A stretch of DNA of 53,469 nt. Origin: an uncultured Nitriliruptoria bacterium. Its GTDB lineage: Bacteria; Actinomycetota; Nitriliruptoria; Nitriliruptorales; Nitriliruptoraceae. The translations under genes and the position numbers were made by a program. The notes below the pieces were generated by a model. The model was not told the origin of the DNA, did no database searches, and saw nothing but the letters and a program-made list of their open reading frames with translations. How positions within the stretch are numbered: position 1 is the first letter of the stretch; each line of letters begins with the position of its first letter. Of this stretch, positions 8,821 through 16,864 are shown in pieces. The stretch covers positions 1-53,469 of the forward strand of contig CBDTZE010000001.1 in the NCBI GenBank assembly GCA_965364815.1. Direction: 5' to 3'.

Positions 8821-8843
8821 GTGATACCCCCTTGGGGTATCAC
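8821..8843. promoter_or_regulatory. CsoR-type operator-like palindrome GTGATACCCC-CTT-GGGGTATCAC
   Basis: Perfect 10-3-10 inverted repeat ending 15 nt before the ATPase ATG. Its core ATACCCC...GGGGTAT matches my recollection of actinobacterial/Bacillus CsoR boxes. Confidence 0.55.
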
Positions 8844-8858
8844 GTACTGGAGTCGCTC

Positions 8859-10982
8859 ATGACCAACACCATCCACCAGGGCCACGCCACGCCAGCCGAC
8901 ACCGCAGAGGCAGCGGGTGACGCTCACGCGCCGCTGGGCGTCGACGGCCCCGACGGACACCACGACGAGTCCGGCGGGGATGGAGGCCACAGCGGTCATG
9001 GGGGTCACGGTGACCACTCCGCGATGTTCCGTGACAGGTTCTGGGTCAGCCTCGGCCTGACGCTCGTCGTCGTCTTCTTCAGCGACATGGTCCAGGAGTG
9101 GTTCGGCTACACCGCCCCGGCCTTCCCCGGTTCCGAGGCGATCGCCCCCGTGCTCGGAACCTTCATCTTCGCCTGGGGAGGTCGCGTCTTCCTCGAGGGC
9201 GGGGTGCAGGAGGTCCGTGACCGCCAGCCCGGCATGATGTTGCTGATCTCCTTGGCGATCGTCGTGGCGTTCTCGGCCAGCGTGGCCACGGAGTTCGGGT
9301 TGGTCGATCTGGACTTCTGGTGGGAGTTGGCCGCGCTGGTCAGTGTCATGCTGCTTGGGCACTGGCAGGAGATGCGGGCCATCGGACAGGCCCGCGGGGC
9401 GCTGGCTGCCTTGGCGGACCTGTTGCCCGACGAGGCCGAACGTGTCGGGCAGGAAGGCGAGGTCACCACCGTGCGGATCTCCGACCTGCGCAAGGGCGAC
9501 ATCGTCCTGGTGCGCCCCGGCGCGCGTGTCCCGGCCGACGGCACCATCGTCGAGGGCGACAGCGCCTTCGACGAGTCCATGCTCACGGGCGAGTCCAACC
9601 CGGTCGACCGGGTCGTCGGCGACGCGGTCATCGCCGGGTCGGTGTCCATCGCTGACGCCGTCCGCGTCGAGGTCTCCGCCGTCGGCGATGCGACCGCGCT
9701 GGCTGGCATTCAGAGGCTCGTCAGCGAGGCGCAGCAGTCCACGTCCCGTACACAGCGTCTGGCCGACCGGGCCGCGGCGTGGCTGTTCTGGTACGCGCTG
9801 GGGGCTGCCGCCGTCACGGCGGTCACGTGGATGATCGTCGGAACCCCCGAAGACGCCGTGGTTCGCACGGTGACGGTGCTGGTGATCGCCTGCCCCCACG
9901 CCCTGGGCCTGGCGATCCCTCTCGTGGTGGCGCTTTCCACGGCCAAGTCAGCCCAGGCCGGCGTCCTGGTCAAGGACCGCCTGGCCCTCGAGCGGGTTCG
10001 GTCGGTGGACGCGGTGCTGTTCGACAAGACCGGGACCTTGACCGCTGGCGAGCACGTCGTCACGGACCTCGTGACCGACGGCATCGACGAGAACGAAATG
10101 CTGGGTCTGGCGGCGGCCGTCGAAAGCTCTTCAGAGCATCCGCTGGCTCGCGCGATCGTCGCACGCGCCACGGAGGCGGGTGCCGCAAAGCGTGCAGCGA
10201 GTGACTTCGAGGCACAGACCGGCCGAGGCGTGGAGGCAACCGTCGACGGCCGTCGTGTCGCCGTAGGGGGGCCGTCTCTGCTGCGTGAGCGCGGCGTGCA
10301 ACCGGGTGGTCATCTTGTCGAGGTGACCGACGCATGGGCCGCGCGTGGTGCGGCGGTGCTGCATGTGTTGGTGGACGGGAAGGTTGTCGGTGCGTTCGGG
10401 CTGGAAGACCGAATCCGGGACGAGTCGCGTGCTGCCGTCGAGGCGCTCCATGCACGGGGCATCGAGGTCGTGATGATCACGGGTGACTCCAAGGCCGTGG
10501 CTGACCATGTCGGCCGCGAGTTGGGGATCGACCGGATCTACGCCGAGGTCCTGCCAAGGGACAAGGACGAGGCCGTGCGCGAACTGCAGGCACAGGGCAA
10601 GGTCGTCGCGATGGTCGGCGACGGGGTCAACGACGCCCCGGCCCTGGCGCGTGCGGACGTGGGCATCGCGATCGGTGCTGGGACGGATGTGGCGATCGAG
10701 TCCGCCGGCATCGTCCTCGCGTCGGACGACCCCCGCGGTGTGCTCTCGCTCCTGCGACTGTCGGAGGCCAGCTACCGCAAGATGGTGCAGAACCTCGTCT
10801 GGGCAACCGGCTACAACGTGCTGGCGGTGCCCCTGGCCGCGGGCGTTCTTGCGCCGATCGGGTTCGTGCTGGCCCCGGCCGTCGGTGCCGCGCTCATGAG
10901 CATCTCCACGATCATCGTCGCGGTGAACGCCCAGTTGCTCCGGCGCGTCGACCTCAGCTTCGAGACCGTCGCCGGAGCGTGA
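8859..10982 (+). CDS. copB: Heavy-metal (copper) P1B-type ATPase, CopB-like (P1B-3)
   Basis: DKTGTLT, SEHPLA, GDGVNDAPAL; transmembrane CPH motif (VIACPHALGLAIP). His-rich N-terminus (HHDESGGDGGHSGHGGHGDH) in place of a CxxC domain. ATG at 8859 is preceded by GGAG; the track start at 8832 is a TTG inside the palindrome. Confidence 0.9.
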   Translation: MTNTIHQGHATPADTAEAAGDAHAPLGVDGPDGHHDESGGDGGHSGHGGHGDHSAMFRDRFWVSLGLTLVVVFFSDMVQEWFGYTAPAFPGSEAIAPVLGTFIFAWGGRVFLEGGVQEVRDRQPGMMLLISLAIVVAFSASVATEFGLVDLDFWWELAALVSVMLLGHWQEMRAIGQARGALAALADLLPDEAERVGQEGEVTTVRISDLRKGDIVLVRPGARVPADGTIVEGDSAFDESMLTGESNPVDRVVGDAVIAGSVSIADAVRVEVSAVGDATALAGIQRLVSEAQQSTSRTQRLADRAAAWLFWYALGAAAVTAVTWMIVGTPEDAVVRTVTVLVIACPHALGLAIPLVVALSTAKSAQAGVLVKDRLALERVRSVDAVLFDKTGTLTAGEHVVTDLVTDGIDENEMLGLAAAVESSSEHPLARAIVARATEAGAAKRAASDFEAQTGRGVEATVDGRRVAVGGPSLLRERGVQPGGHLVEVTDAWAARGAAVLHVLVDGKVVGAFGLEDRIRDESRAAVEALHARGIEVVMITGDSKAVADHVGRELGIDRIYAEVLPRDKDEAVRELQAQGKVVAMVGDGVNDAPALARADVGIAIGAGTDVAIESAGIVLASDDPRGVLSLLRLSEASYRKMVQNLVWATGYNVLAVPLAAGVLAPIGFVLAPAVGAALMSISTIIVAVNAQLLRRVDLSFETVAGA

Positions 10983-10992
10983 GGGCCTCCGG

Positions 10993-11511
10993 TCAGAGTC
11001 CGACGACCAGGGCGAGCGCCCAGCAGCCAACCGCAGCGGCCAGCAGTCCGATCCCGATCCGGATCCTGGACAGTTTCACGGCAGCGAGGCTGGACTTGGC
11101 GTGGATCTCGTGCGCCACCTTCTGCAGGAGTTCGTCCGGCGTCAGCGCGGTGTAGCGGCGCACGAAGTCGTCCTCCTCCAGCTCGCTCACCGCCTGGAAG
11201 AAGAAGAGCGCGTCCGGCGAACTGCCCTGGGCCCGTCGCGGCGCAACCGTCACGAGTGCCATGGCGATGGAGACCAGCAGGAGCCCCAGGGTCATGAACT
11301 CCAGCGGCGTGTCGACCGGTGCCACGCCGCCGATGGCTGCGTCGGCGGATCGGGCGAGTCCTGCGAGCAGCAACGCGTCGATGCCCAACAGCACCTGGGC
11401 CTTCAGGTCGGCCTGACGGATGAGGGCGTCAACCTCCTGCCAGTGCGCGACATTCAGGATCGTGGGATTGATGGGGCGCCAGCGGCCCTCTGCGTCGCCT
11501 GTCTGCTGCAC
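10993..11511 (-). CDS. Small membrane protein resembling the DUF5706 / Pycsar-effector (PycTM-like) family
   Basis: 172 aa. N-terminal helix IRQADLKAQVLLGIDALLLAGL, a second TM ending ...LVTVAPRR, soluble segment FFFQAVSELEEDDFVRRYTAL...IHAKSSLAAVKLSRIR, and a C-terminal TM. The family call is from memory of the domain pattern, not a search. Confidence 0.55.
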   Translation of the reverse strand: MQQTGDAEGRWRPINPTILNVAHWQEVDALIRQADLKAQVLLGIDALLLAGLARSADAAIGGVAPVDTPLEFMTLGLLLVSIAMALVTVAPRRAQGSSPDALFFFQAVSELEEDDFVRRYTALTPDELLQKVAHEIHAKSSLAAVKLSRIRIGIGLLAAAVGCWALALVVGL

Positions 11512-11583
11512 GGGTCTCCTTGTCAGCGCCCCGTGTTGGTTCTAGCAATCTCGCTGCCGTGAGGTCGCTGGGCCCTTTGCGTC

Positions 11584-13179
11584 TCACCCGCTGCTGGAGG
11601 ACTCCGACGCGGCGGGCTCGCTGGGAGCCTCGCTGGCGTCCTCGATGCACTTGATGTCCTCGCCCTTGCCGGGCGCCCGGTTGGGCGGCGTGGAGCCCGC
11701 GAGGTTGCCCTTGCCGATGAAGAGCTTCTCGCGATCCGGGGTGCAGGGCGGGCGCCCCTCGTACTTCTTCTCCACCTCGCCCGGCGCCCCGTCGGGGTCA
11801 GCGGTGCGGTACGGAGCGATGAAGTCGGGGTCCGCGTGGGACACGGCCTCGCCCTTCTCGAGCGCGGATTCCGAGAACGTGTTGCCGGCGTTCCACAGGA
11901 TCCAGCCGTCGATGCCGTTCTCATACGTGGCGCGCTTCTGTGCCAGCAGGCGCTCCGGCGTGTGGGTCATGCCCATCCACGGCGCGGAGAAGTCCTCCAG
12001 CCATGGGCGGATCTGGGCGCGTAGGCCCTGGACCCGCATCTGGGCTTCCTGCATCGCGTTCCACACGGTCTCGTACGGGTAGTCGACCGGGTGGGGGTTG
12101 AGCCCGTAGTTCCCCTTGGCGTAGTGGGAGGGGTAGACCATCGGCGAGATGAAGTCGACCTGCTCGGCGATCTCCTCGATGATCTGGCCGGTGCCCTGTG
12201 CATCCCACGAGAAGTCGTAGGTCACGAGGCCGAAGAGGTCAGCCGAGACCTGGCCACCCATCGCGTGGATGGCCTCGGACGCCTGGGTGATGAAGCCGGT
12301 GATCATCTCGGGGTGGCGCCACTCTTCGCGCGGGCGCTCCGAGGGGACACCCGGGAAGCTGATGTTGTCCGTGTTGCCGTCGCCGCCGTTGGGGAACCGC
12401 ATGTAGTCGTACTGGACTTCGGCGAACCCGACCTCGATCGCCATCTGGCCGACCTCGGTGCACCAGTCCCAGACCTCCCGGTTGTACGGGTTGAGCCAGC
12501 CAAAGCCCTTGCGTGCGACCCAACGGCCGCCGGTGGAGGTGTCCTGGACGGCGAGGTCGGGGCGGGCGTCCGCGACGGCCGTGTCCTTGAAACAGGCGAC
12601 ACGTGCGATCGGGTAGCCGCCGGCGTCAACAAGGCGTTGGAGTCGCTCGCGGGGGTCGCTGTCCTTGAGGTAGGCGCCGCCGCCTTCCTTGGCCAACGGG
12701 TGGTCCATGTCCCACAGCAGGATCCCGGACTCGTCCTTGACGTCGATGACCAGCGCGTTGACCTCGGTGGTCTCGACCATCTTGAGAAGCCGCTCGAAGC
12801 GTTCTCCCCAGAAGCTGTAGGTCGTCGTGTAGACGCCGCGGACCATGTCCGGTGGCACCTGGTTGCTGTTTGCGGACGGGGTCGGGGCGGTCGACGGCTC
12901 CTCGGTGGCCTCCGGGGAGGGCGATTCCGAGGGGGTCGGGTCCGCGGCGGCCTCGACGTCGGTGCGGCCCGTGGGCTGCAGCGGTTCCTCCGTGAAGGAG
13001 TCACCGCCCATGCATGCCTGCGCGAGCAGGGCGATGGCGACGAGACCGGTGGACAGGCGGGTGCGAGACGTGCTGGACAACGTGCGGCTCCGGCGGGTGG
13101 GGCGCTGGCGACGAGGGCGTCGGACGATACTTCGCACGGTGGCCCGCGGGATCCCTTGCGGCCGGTCGTTGACCGCCAA
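11584..13179 (-). CDS. Putative glycoside hydrolase-like TIM-barrel lipoprotein (DUF4015 / COG1306 type)
   Basis: VRGVYTTTYSFWGERFERLLKMVETTEVNALVIDVKDESG...GFAEVQYDYMRFP matches the DUF4015 pattern. Lipobox LLAQAC. The start is uncertain: TTG 13179 (longest), GTG 13137, or TTG 13080. TTG 13080 gives a clean signal peptide, MSSTSRTRLSTGLVAIALLAQAC. Confidence 0.7.
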   Translation of the reverse strand: MAVNDRPQGIPRATVRSIVRRPRRQRPTRRSRTLSSTSRTRLSTGLVAIALLAQACMGGDSFTEEPLQPTGRTDVEAAADPTPSESPSPEATEEPSTAPTPSANSNQVPPDMVRGVYTTTYSFWGERFERLLKMVETTEVNALVIDVKDESGILLWDMDHPLAKEGGGAYLKDSDPRERLQRLVDAGGYPIARVACFKDTAVADARPDLAVQDTSTGGRWVARKGFGWLNPYNREVWDWCTEVGQMAIEVGFAEVQYDYMRFPNGGDGNTDNISFPGVPSERPREEWRHPEMITGFITQASEAIHAMGGQVSADLFGLVTYDFSWDAQGTGQIIEEIAEQVDFISPMVYPSHYAKGNYGLNPHPVDYPYETVWNAMQEAQMRVQGLRAQIRPWLEDFSAPWMGMTHTPERLLAQKRATYENGIDGWILWNAGNTFSESALEKGEAVSHADPDFIAPYRTADPDGAPGEVEKKYEGRPPCTPDREKLFIGKGNLAGSTPPNRAPGKGEDIKCIEDASEAPSEPAASESSSSG

Positions 13180-13226
13180 CGGTCAGCCGCCGTCGGGCGC
13201 GTGCCAGAGGTGCGCACGGGGGAACT

Positions 13227-14747
13227 TCAGCGAGCGGGAGCCGTCGGCAAGGTGAACAGGAAGCAAGCCCCAGCCGGATCGTTGTCCTGATAGGCCAGGT
13301 CGCCGTCCATCGCGAGCGCGAGTTCACGACTGATGTACAGGCCCAGGCCCGTCCCCTTGGCCTCTCGGCGGTTCCCACGGCTTTCCTGGGCGAACGCATC
13401 GAAGAGGTTGGGGACGAACGCGGCGGGCACACCGTTGCCCCCATCCTCGACGCAGATCCTGGTCGGCTCACCCGGCTCAGAGTCAAGGACCACGACCCCG
13501 TACGGCGCGGCTCCGTAGCGCAGGGCGTTGGTCATCAGGTTGATCACCACCTGGACAAGTCTGCCCTCGTCCGCCAGCACGCGGCGACCGGTCGCCGCGG
13601 GGAGCGTGAAGACCTCCGCCCCGGCAACCGACGCCTTGGCCTCGAGGAGCATGGCATCGAGGTCGACCTCCGCCAACTCCAAGGTGAGCCGCCCTGACTG
13701 CAGGTGAGCGGCGTGGGCGAGGTCGTTGACGAGCTGCAGTTGGCGTGTGGCGTTGCGATGGATGGCCTCGGCGGCGTTCTGCCGTGCCGTGGGGCTCATG
13801 TCGTCCCACCGCTGGGTGAGCAGCTCCGCGAAGCCCGCCATCGCGGTCAGCGGGGTGCGGAGCTCATGCGACGAGGTGGCGATGAAGTCCTGCTGGAACG
13901 ACGCGGCCGCTTCCAGCGCGTCGTTGGCCTGCACCAGTTCGCTGTTCATCGAACGGATCTTGGCGTTGGCGAGCTCCTGGTCGAGCACGTCGTGGAAGGT
14001 CGCAACGATCCGGTCGTCGCCGGCGCGAGCAGCTGTGACCTCGATGATCGCCAACGGGACGCCCGTCTCGGGGTGGGCCCATTCGGTTCGGTGGGTGGCG
14101 GGCTCGCCCGTGCCAAGCACGTGGAGGTACTTCTCGAAGATCTCGGTCTGTGGGGGATCGACGTCCATGACGCGGAGGTTGCTCAGCGTCTCCATGTCGA
14201 TGCCGGTCATCTGGGCCGCGGCCTCGTTCACGTACTCGGCCTGGAAGTCCACGATCTCGCCTGCATCGTCGCGGACCGCGTGCATGACGGCGATCCCGTC
14301 CTGCATGGTCTCGATCATGCCCCGCAGTTGGGCCTCTGTTGCCTCGAGTCGCAGGTGCGTTGCTCGGGCCGCGCTCACGTCCCGGATGACGGCCGCGACG
14401 ACGGGGCCGTCATCGGTCTTCACCGGCCGCAGCGAGATGTCGACGGCGACCTCGACGCCATCGCGGCGTGTCAGCCACAGATCCTTGCCGAGGCCCATGG
14501 GGCGGATGGTGGGTGAGGAGATGAACGCGTGGCGGGTTGCTGCGTGTGACCCCTGGAATCGTCCGGGAACCAACTTCTCGACGGAACCACCGACGAGTTC
14601 CGCGTGTTCGTACCCGGCCAGTTCCAGCAGCTGCTCGTTGGCGTGGACGATGACCCCGTCCGCACGAACGACCGCGACGGCGTCAGGTGACAGGGCAAGG
14701 AAGGCTTCGAGTTCTGCAGCCGTTGCCAGGCCCTTGGTGGGACTCAT
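13227..14747 (-). CDS. Cytoplasmic PAS-PAS sensor histidine kinase (no adjacent response regulator)
   Basis: Two PAS-like segments (LSPDAVAVVRADGVIVHANEQLLELAGY...; MQDGIAVMHAV...). H-box SSHELRTPLTAMAGFAELL, N-box LMTNALRYG, G-box GTGLGLYISREL. Confidence 0.85.
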   Translation of the reverse strand: MSPTKGLATAAELEAFLALSPDAVAVVRADGVIVHANEQLLELAGYEHAELVGGSVEKLVPGRFQGSHAATRHAFISSPTIRPMGLGKDLWLTRRDGVEVAVDISLRPVKTDDGPVVAAVIRDVSAARATHLRLEATEAQLRGMIETMQDGIAVMHAVRDDAGEIVDFQAEYVNEAAAQMTGIDMETLSNLRVMDVDPPQTEIFEKYLHVLGTGEPATHRTEWAHPETGVPLAIIEVTAARAGDDRIVATFHDVLDQELANAKIRSMNSELVQANDALEAAASFQQDFIATSSHELRTPLTAMAGFAELLTQRWDDMSPTARQNAAEAIHRNATRQLQLVNDLAHAAHLQSGRLTLELAEVDLDAMLLEAKASVAGAEVFTLPAATGRRVLADEGRLVQVVINLMTNALRYGAAPYGVVVLDSEPGEPTRICVEDGGNGVPAAFVPNLFDAFAQESRGNRREAKGTGLGLYISRELALAMDGDLAYQDNDPAGACFLFTLPTAPAR

Positions 14748-14903
14748 CGGTTCTCCGCGGTGGACGACATCCCAAGGGTCGGCTGCCTCGGGGTGAGCGG
14801 TGGCGGCAACGGGTTCTGCCTGCCCAGATCGCCCGCATTCGGACAGCGGGCCATGGGCATCATGGCATGTTGGAGCCAGACTTGGGCGGCCAACTGGCCG
14901 GTG

Positions 14904-15542
14904 TCAGGCCGTGGCGACGCCCCGCACCTGGGTCCGCACGTGCATGGCCTCCGGTCCGGCGAGGACCTCCTCGATGACCACCTTCGAGAATCCGGCTCCT
15001 TCGATCGTCGTCGCGGTGTCCCGAGTGACGTCGCAGCCGTTGAACATCCAGCGGTGTGCCCGACGCAGGATGGCCTGGACGCGACGAAGGTTGGACCCGT
15101 CGGCCGCACCCACGTGCTCGACGAAGACGAAGCTGCCACCCGGGCGCAGGACCCGCAGCACCTCGGCGAGGACGGCTTCGGGGTCATCGACGCCGCACAG
15201 CACCAGGGTTCCGACGACCGCATCGGCCGAGGCATCCGGCACCTCGAGCGACTCGCCACGCAGCGTGCGGATCTCGAGGGCGACGCTGTGCTTGGTCGCG
15301 GCGTCGGCCAGCCGGTGGTGCATCGCGGGGTTCGGTTCGATCCCGATGACCTGGACGCCGGCCCCGTAGTAACGCATGTTCGCGCCCGTCCCCGGGCCGA
15401 GTTCGACGATCACCCCCGTGAGCGCCCCGATCTCGCGCTCCTTGAACCGCCCGTGGAGTTTGTGGGTCGCGGCAGCGCCGGCGTCCAGCAGGACGGCTTC
15501 GACGTGGCTGCGCACCGGTCGATGCGTCAAGTCACTGGGCAT
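14904..15542 (-). CDS. Class I SAM-dependent methyltransferase
   Basis: Motif I VIVELGPGTGAN and post-I/II LRVLRPGGSFVFVEH. Track ORF 14904..15980 trimmed to the ATG at 15542 (MPSDLTH...). Confidence 0.8.
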   Translation of the reverse strand: MPSDLTHRPVRSHVEAVLLDAGAAATHKLHGRFKEREIGALTGVIVELGPGTGANMRYYGAGVQVIGIEPNPAMHHRLADAATKHSVALEIRTLRGESLEVPDASADAVVGTLVLCGVDDPEAVLAEVLRVLRPGGSFVFVEHVGAADGSNLRRVQAILRRAHRWMFNGCDVTRDTATTIEGAGFSKVVIEEVLAGPEAMHVRTQVRGVATA

Positions 15543-15591
15543 GCGTCGGGCCTTGGGTCGGTGGGGCTGCTGAGGGTAGGTCCATTGTGTT

Positions 15592-15608
15592 TCTGACGAC
15601 CCGTCAGA
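15592..15608. promoter_or_regulatory. Candidate operator, copy 1: TCTGACG-ACC-CGTCAGA
   Basis: Perfect 7-3-7 inverted repeat in the divergent methyltransferase/acyl-CoA dehydrogenase intergenic region. Identical 17-mers occur at 15625, 39528 and 42982. Confidence 0.6.
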
Positions 15609-15624
15609 TACGGTCTGGAGCAAA

Positions 15625-15641
15625 TCTGACGGGTCGTCAGA
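15625..15641. promoter_or_regulatory. Candidate operator, copy 2 (reverse complement): TCTGACG-GGT-CGTCAGA
   Basis: Exact reverse complement of copy 1. Centres are 33 bp apart. It ends 24 nt before the GTG of the acyl-CoA dehydrogenase gene. Confidence 0.6.
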
Positions 15642-15665
15642 TTCCACCGGACGAGGACGCATTCC

Positions 15666-16862
15666 GTGGACTTCAGCTACGCGCCCGAGGTCGAGACCTT
15701 CCGCAAGGAGGTCCGCCAGTTCATCGAAGAGAACTGGGACGACGAGATCATGGACCCCCGTCGTGAGGGGATGGCCCAACTGGTCGACACGCCCTCTCGC
15801 CGTGACTTCATGAAGAAGATCGCTGAGCGCGGCTGGTTGGGGATGACCTGGCCCAAGGAGTTCGGCGGCAAGGACATGCCGGGCATCTACGAGTACGTCC
15901 TCAACGAGGAGTTGGCGTCCGTGGGCGCCCCGTACATCGGCAAGGGCGTGGGAATCGTGGGCAAGACCCTGATCCGCCACGGATCAGAGAAGCTCAAGGC
16001 CCAGTTCCTGCCACAGATCCTGAACGCCGAGATCGAGTGGGCCATCGGCTACACGGAACCGGAGGCGGGCTCGGACCTCGGCGCACTGGCCATGCGCGCC
16101 GTCCGTGACGACGTCAACGGCGGCTGGCGCATCAGCGGCCAGAAGCGCTTCACGACGTCGGCTCACTTCGCCGAGTGGTACTGGCTGGCCGTGCGGACCG
16201 ACTCGTCCGTCGGCAAGCACAAGGGCGTCAGCCTGATGATCCTGCCGATGGATGCCGACGGCATTCAGATCACGAACATGCCGACCATCGGCGATGAGCG
16301 AGTCAACGAGGTCTATCTCGATGACGTCTTCGTCGCGGACGACATGGTCGTCGGTGAGGTCGACAAGGGCTTCTACTACGTCTCGGAAGCGCTGGACTTC
16401 GAGCGCTTCACGCTGTTCACCGTCTCGGCCTACGTCAACAAGTACTCGTTCGTCCGGGACTGGGCCCGAGAGGCCACACGCGACGGCAAGCCCCTCAAGG
16501 ACGACCCGGCCGTCCGCACGGAGATCGCCCGACTGGCGCGCAACGTGCATGCGGCGAAGATGATCACGGCACAGGTGATCGCGAAGGCCTCGATGGGCGA
16601 GGTCCCCAACATCGAGTCCGCGATGTTCAAGTTGTGGGCCACCCAGATCGGCCAGGAAGCGGCCGATGCTGCGCTGCGCTGGGCCGGACCGGCCGGCGCG
16701 CTGCGACGCGGGGCGTCGAATGCCCCCGACGACGGACGCTTCGAACACTCCTTGCGTTACACGGTGGTGGACACCGTTGGCGCCGGAACCAGCGAGGTGC
16801 AACGCAACATCATCGCGCGTCGCGGGTTGGGGCTTCCGGTCAACAACGGCGTCAAGGCCTGA
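15666..16862 (+). CDS. Acyl-CoA dehydrogenase
   Basis: GTG start. GYTEPEAGSDLGAL mid-domain motif and C-terminal GTSEVQRNIIARRGLGLP. 398 aa. Confidence 0.9.
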   Translation: MDFSYAPEVETFRKEVRQFIEENWDDEIMDPRREGMAQLVDTPSRRDFMKKIAERGWLGMTWPKEFGGKDMPGIYEYVLNEELASVGAPYIGKGVGIVGKTLIRHGSEKLKAQFLPQILNAEIEWAIGYTEPEAGSDLGALAMRAVRDDVNGGWRISGQKRFTTSAHFAEWYWLAVRTDSSVGKHKGVSLMILPMDADGIQITNMPTIGDERVNEVYLDDVFVADDMVVGEVDKGFYYVSEALDFERFTLFTVSAYVNKYSFVRDWAREATRDGKPLKDDPAVRTEIARLARNVHAAKMITAQVIAKASMGEVPNIESAMFKLWATQIGQEAADAALRWAGPAGALRRGASNAPDDGRFEHSLRYTVVDTVGAGTSEVQRNIIARRGLGLPVNNGVKA

Positions 16863-16864
16863 CG

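Noticed and set aside
8832-8858. TTG start at 8832 for the copper ATPase, as given in the ORF track.
   Set aside because: This codon lies inside the operator-like palindrome and has no RBS. The ATG at 8859 is preceded by GGAG at the right distance.
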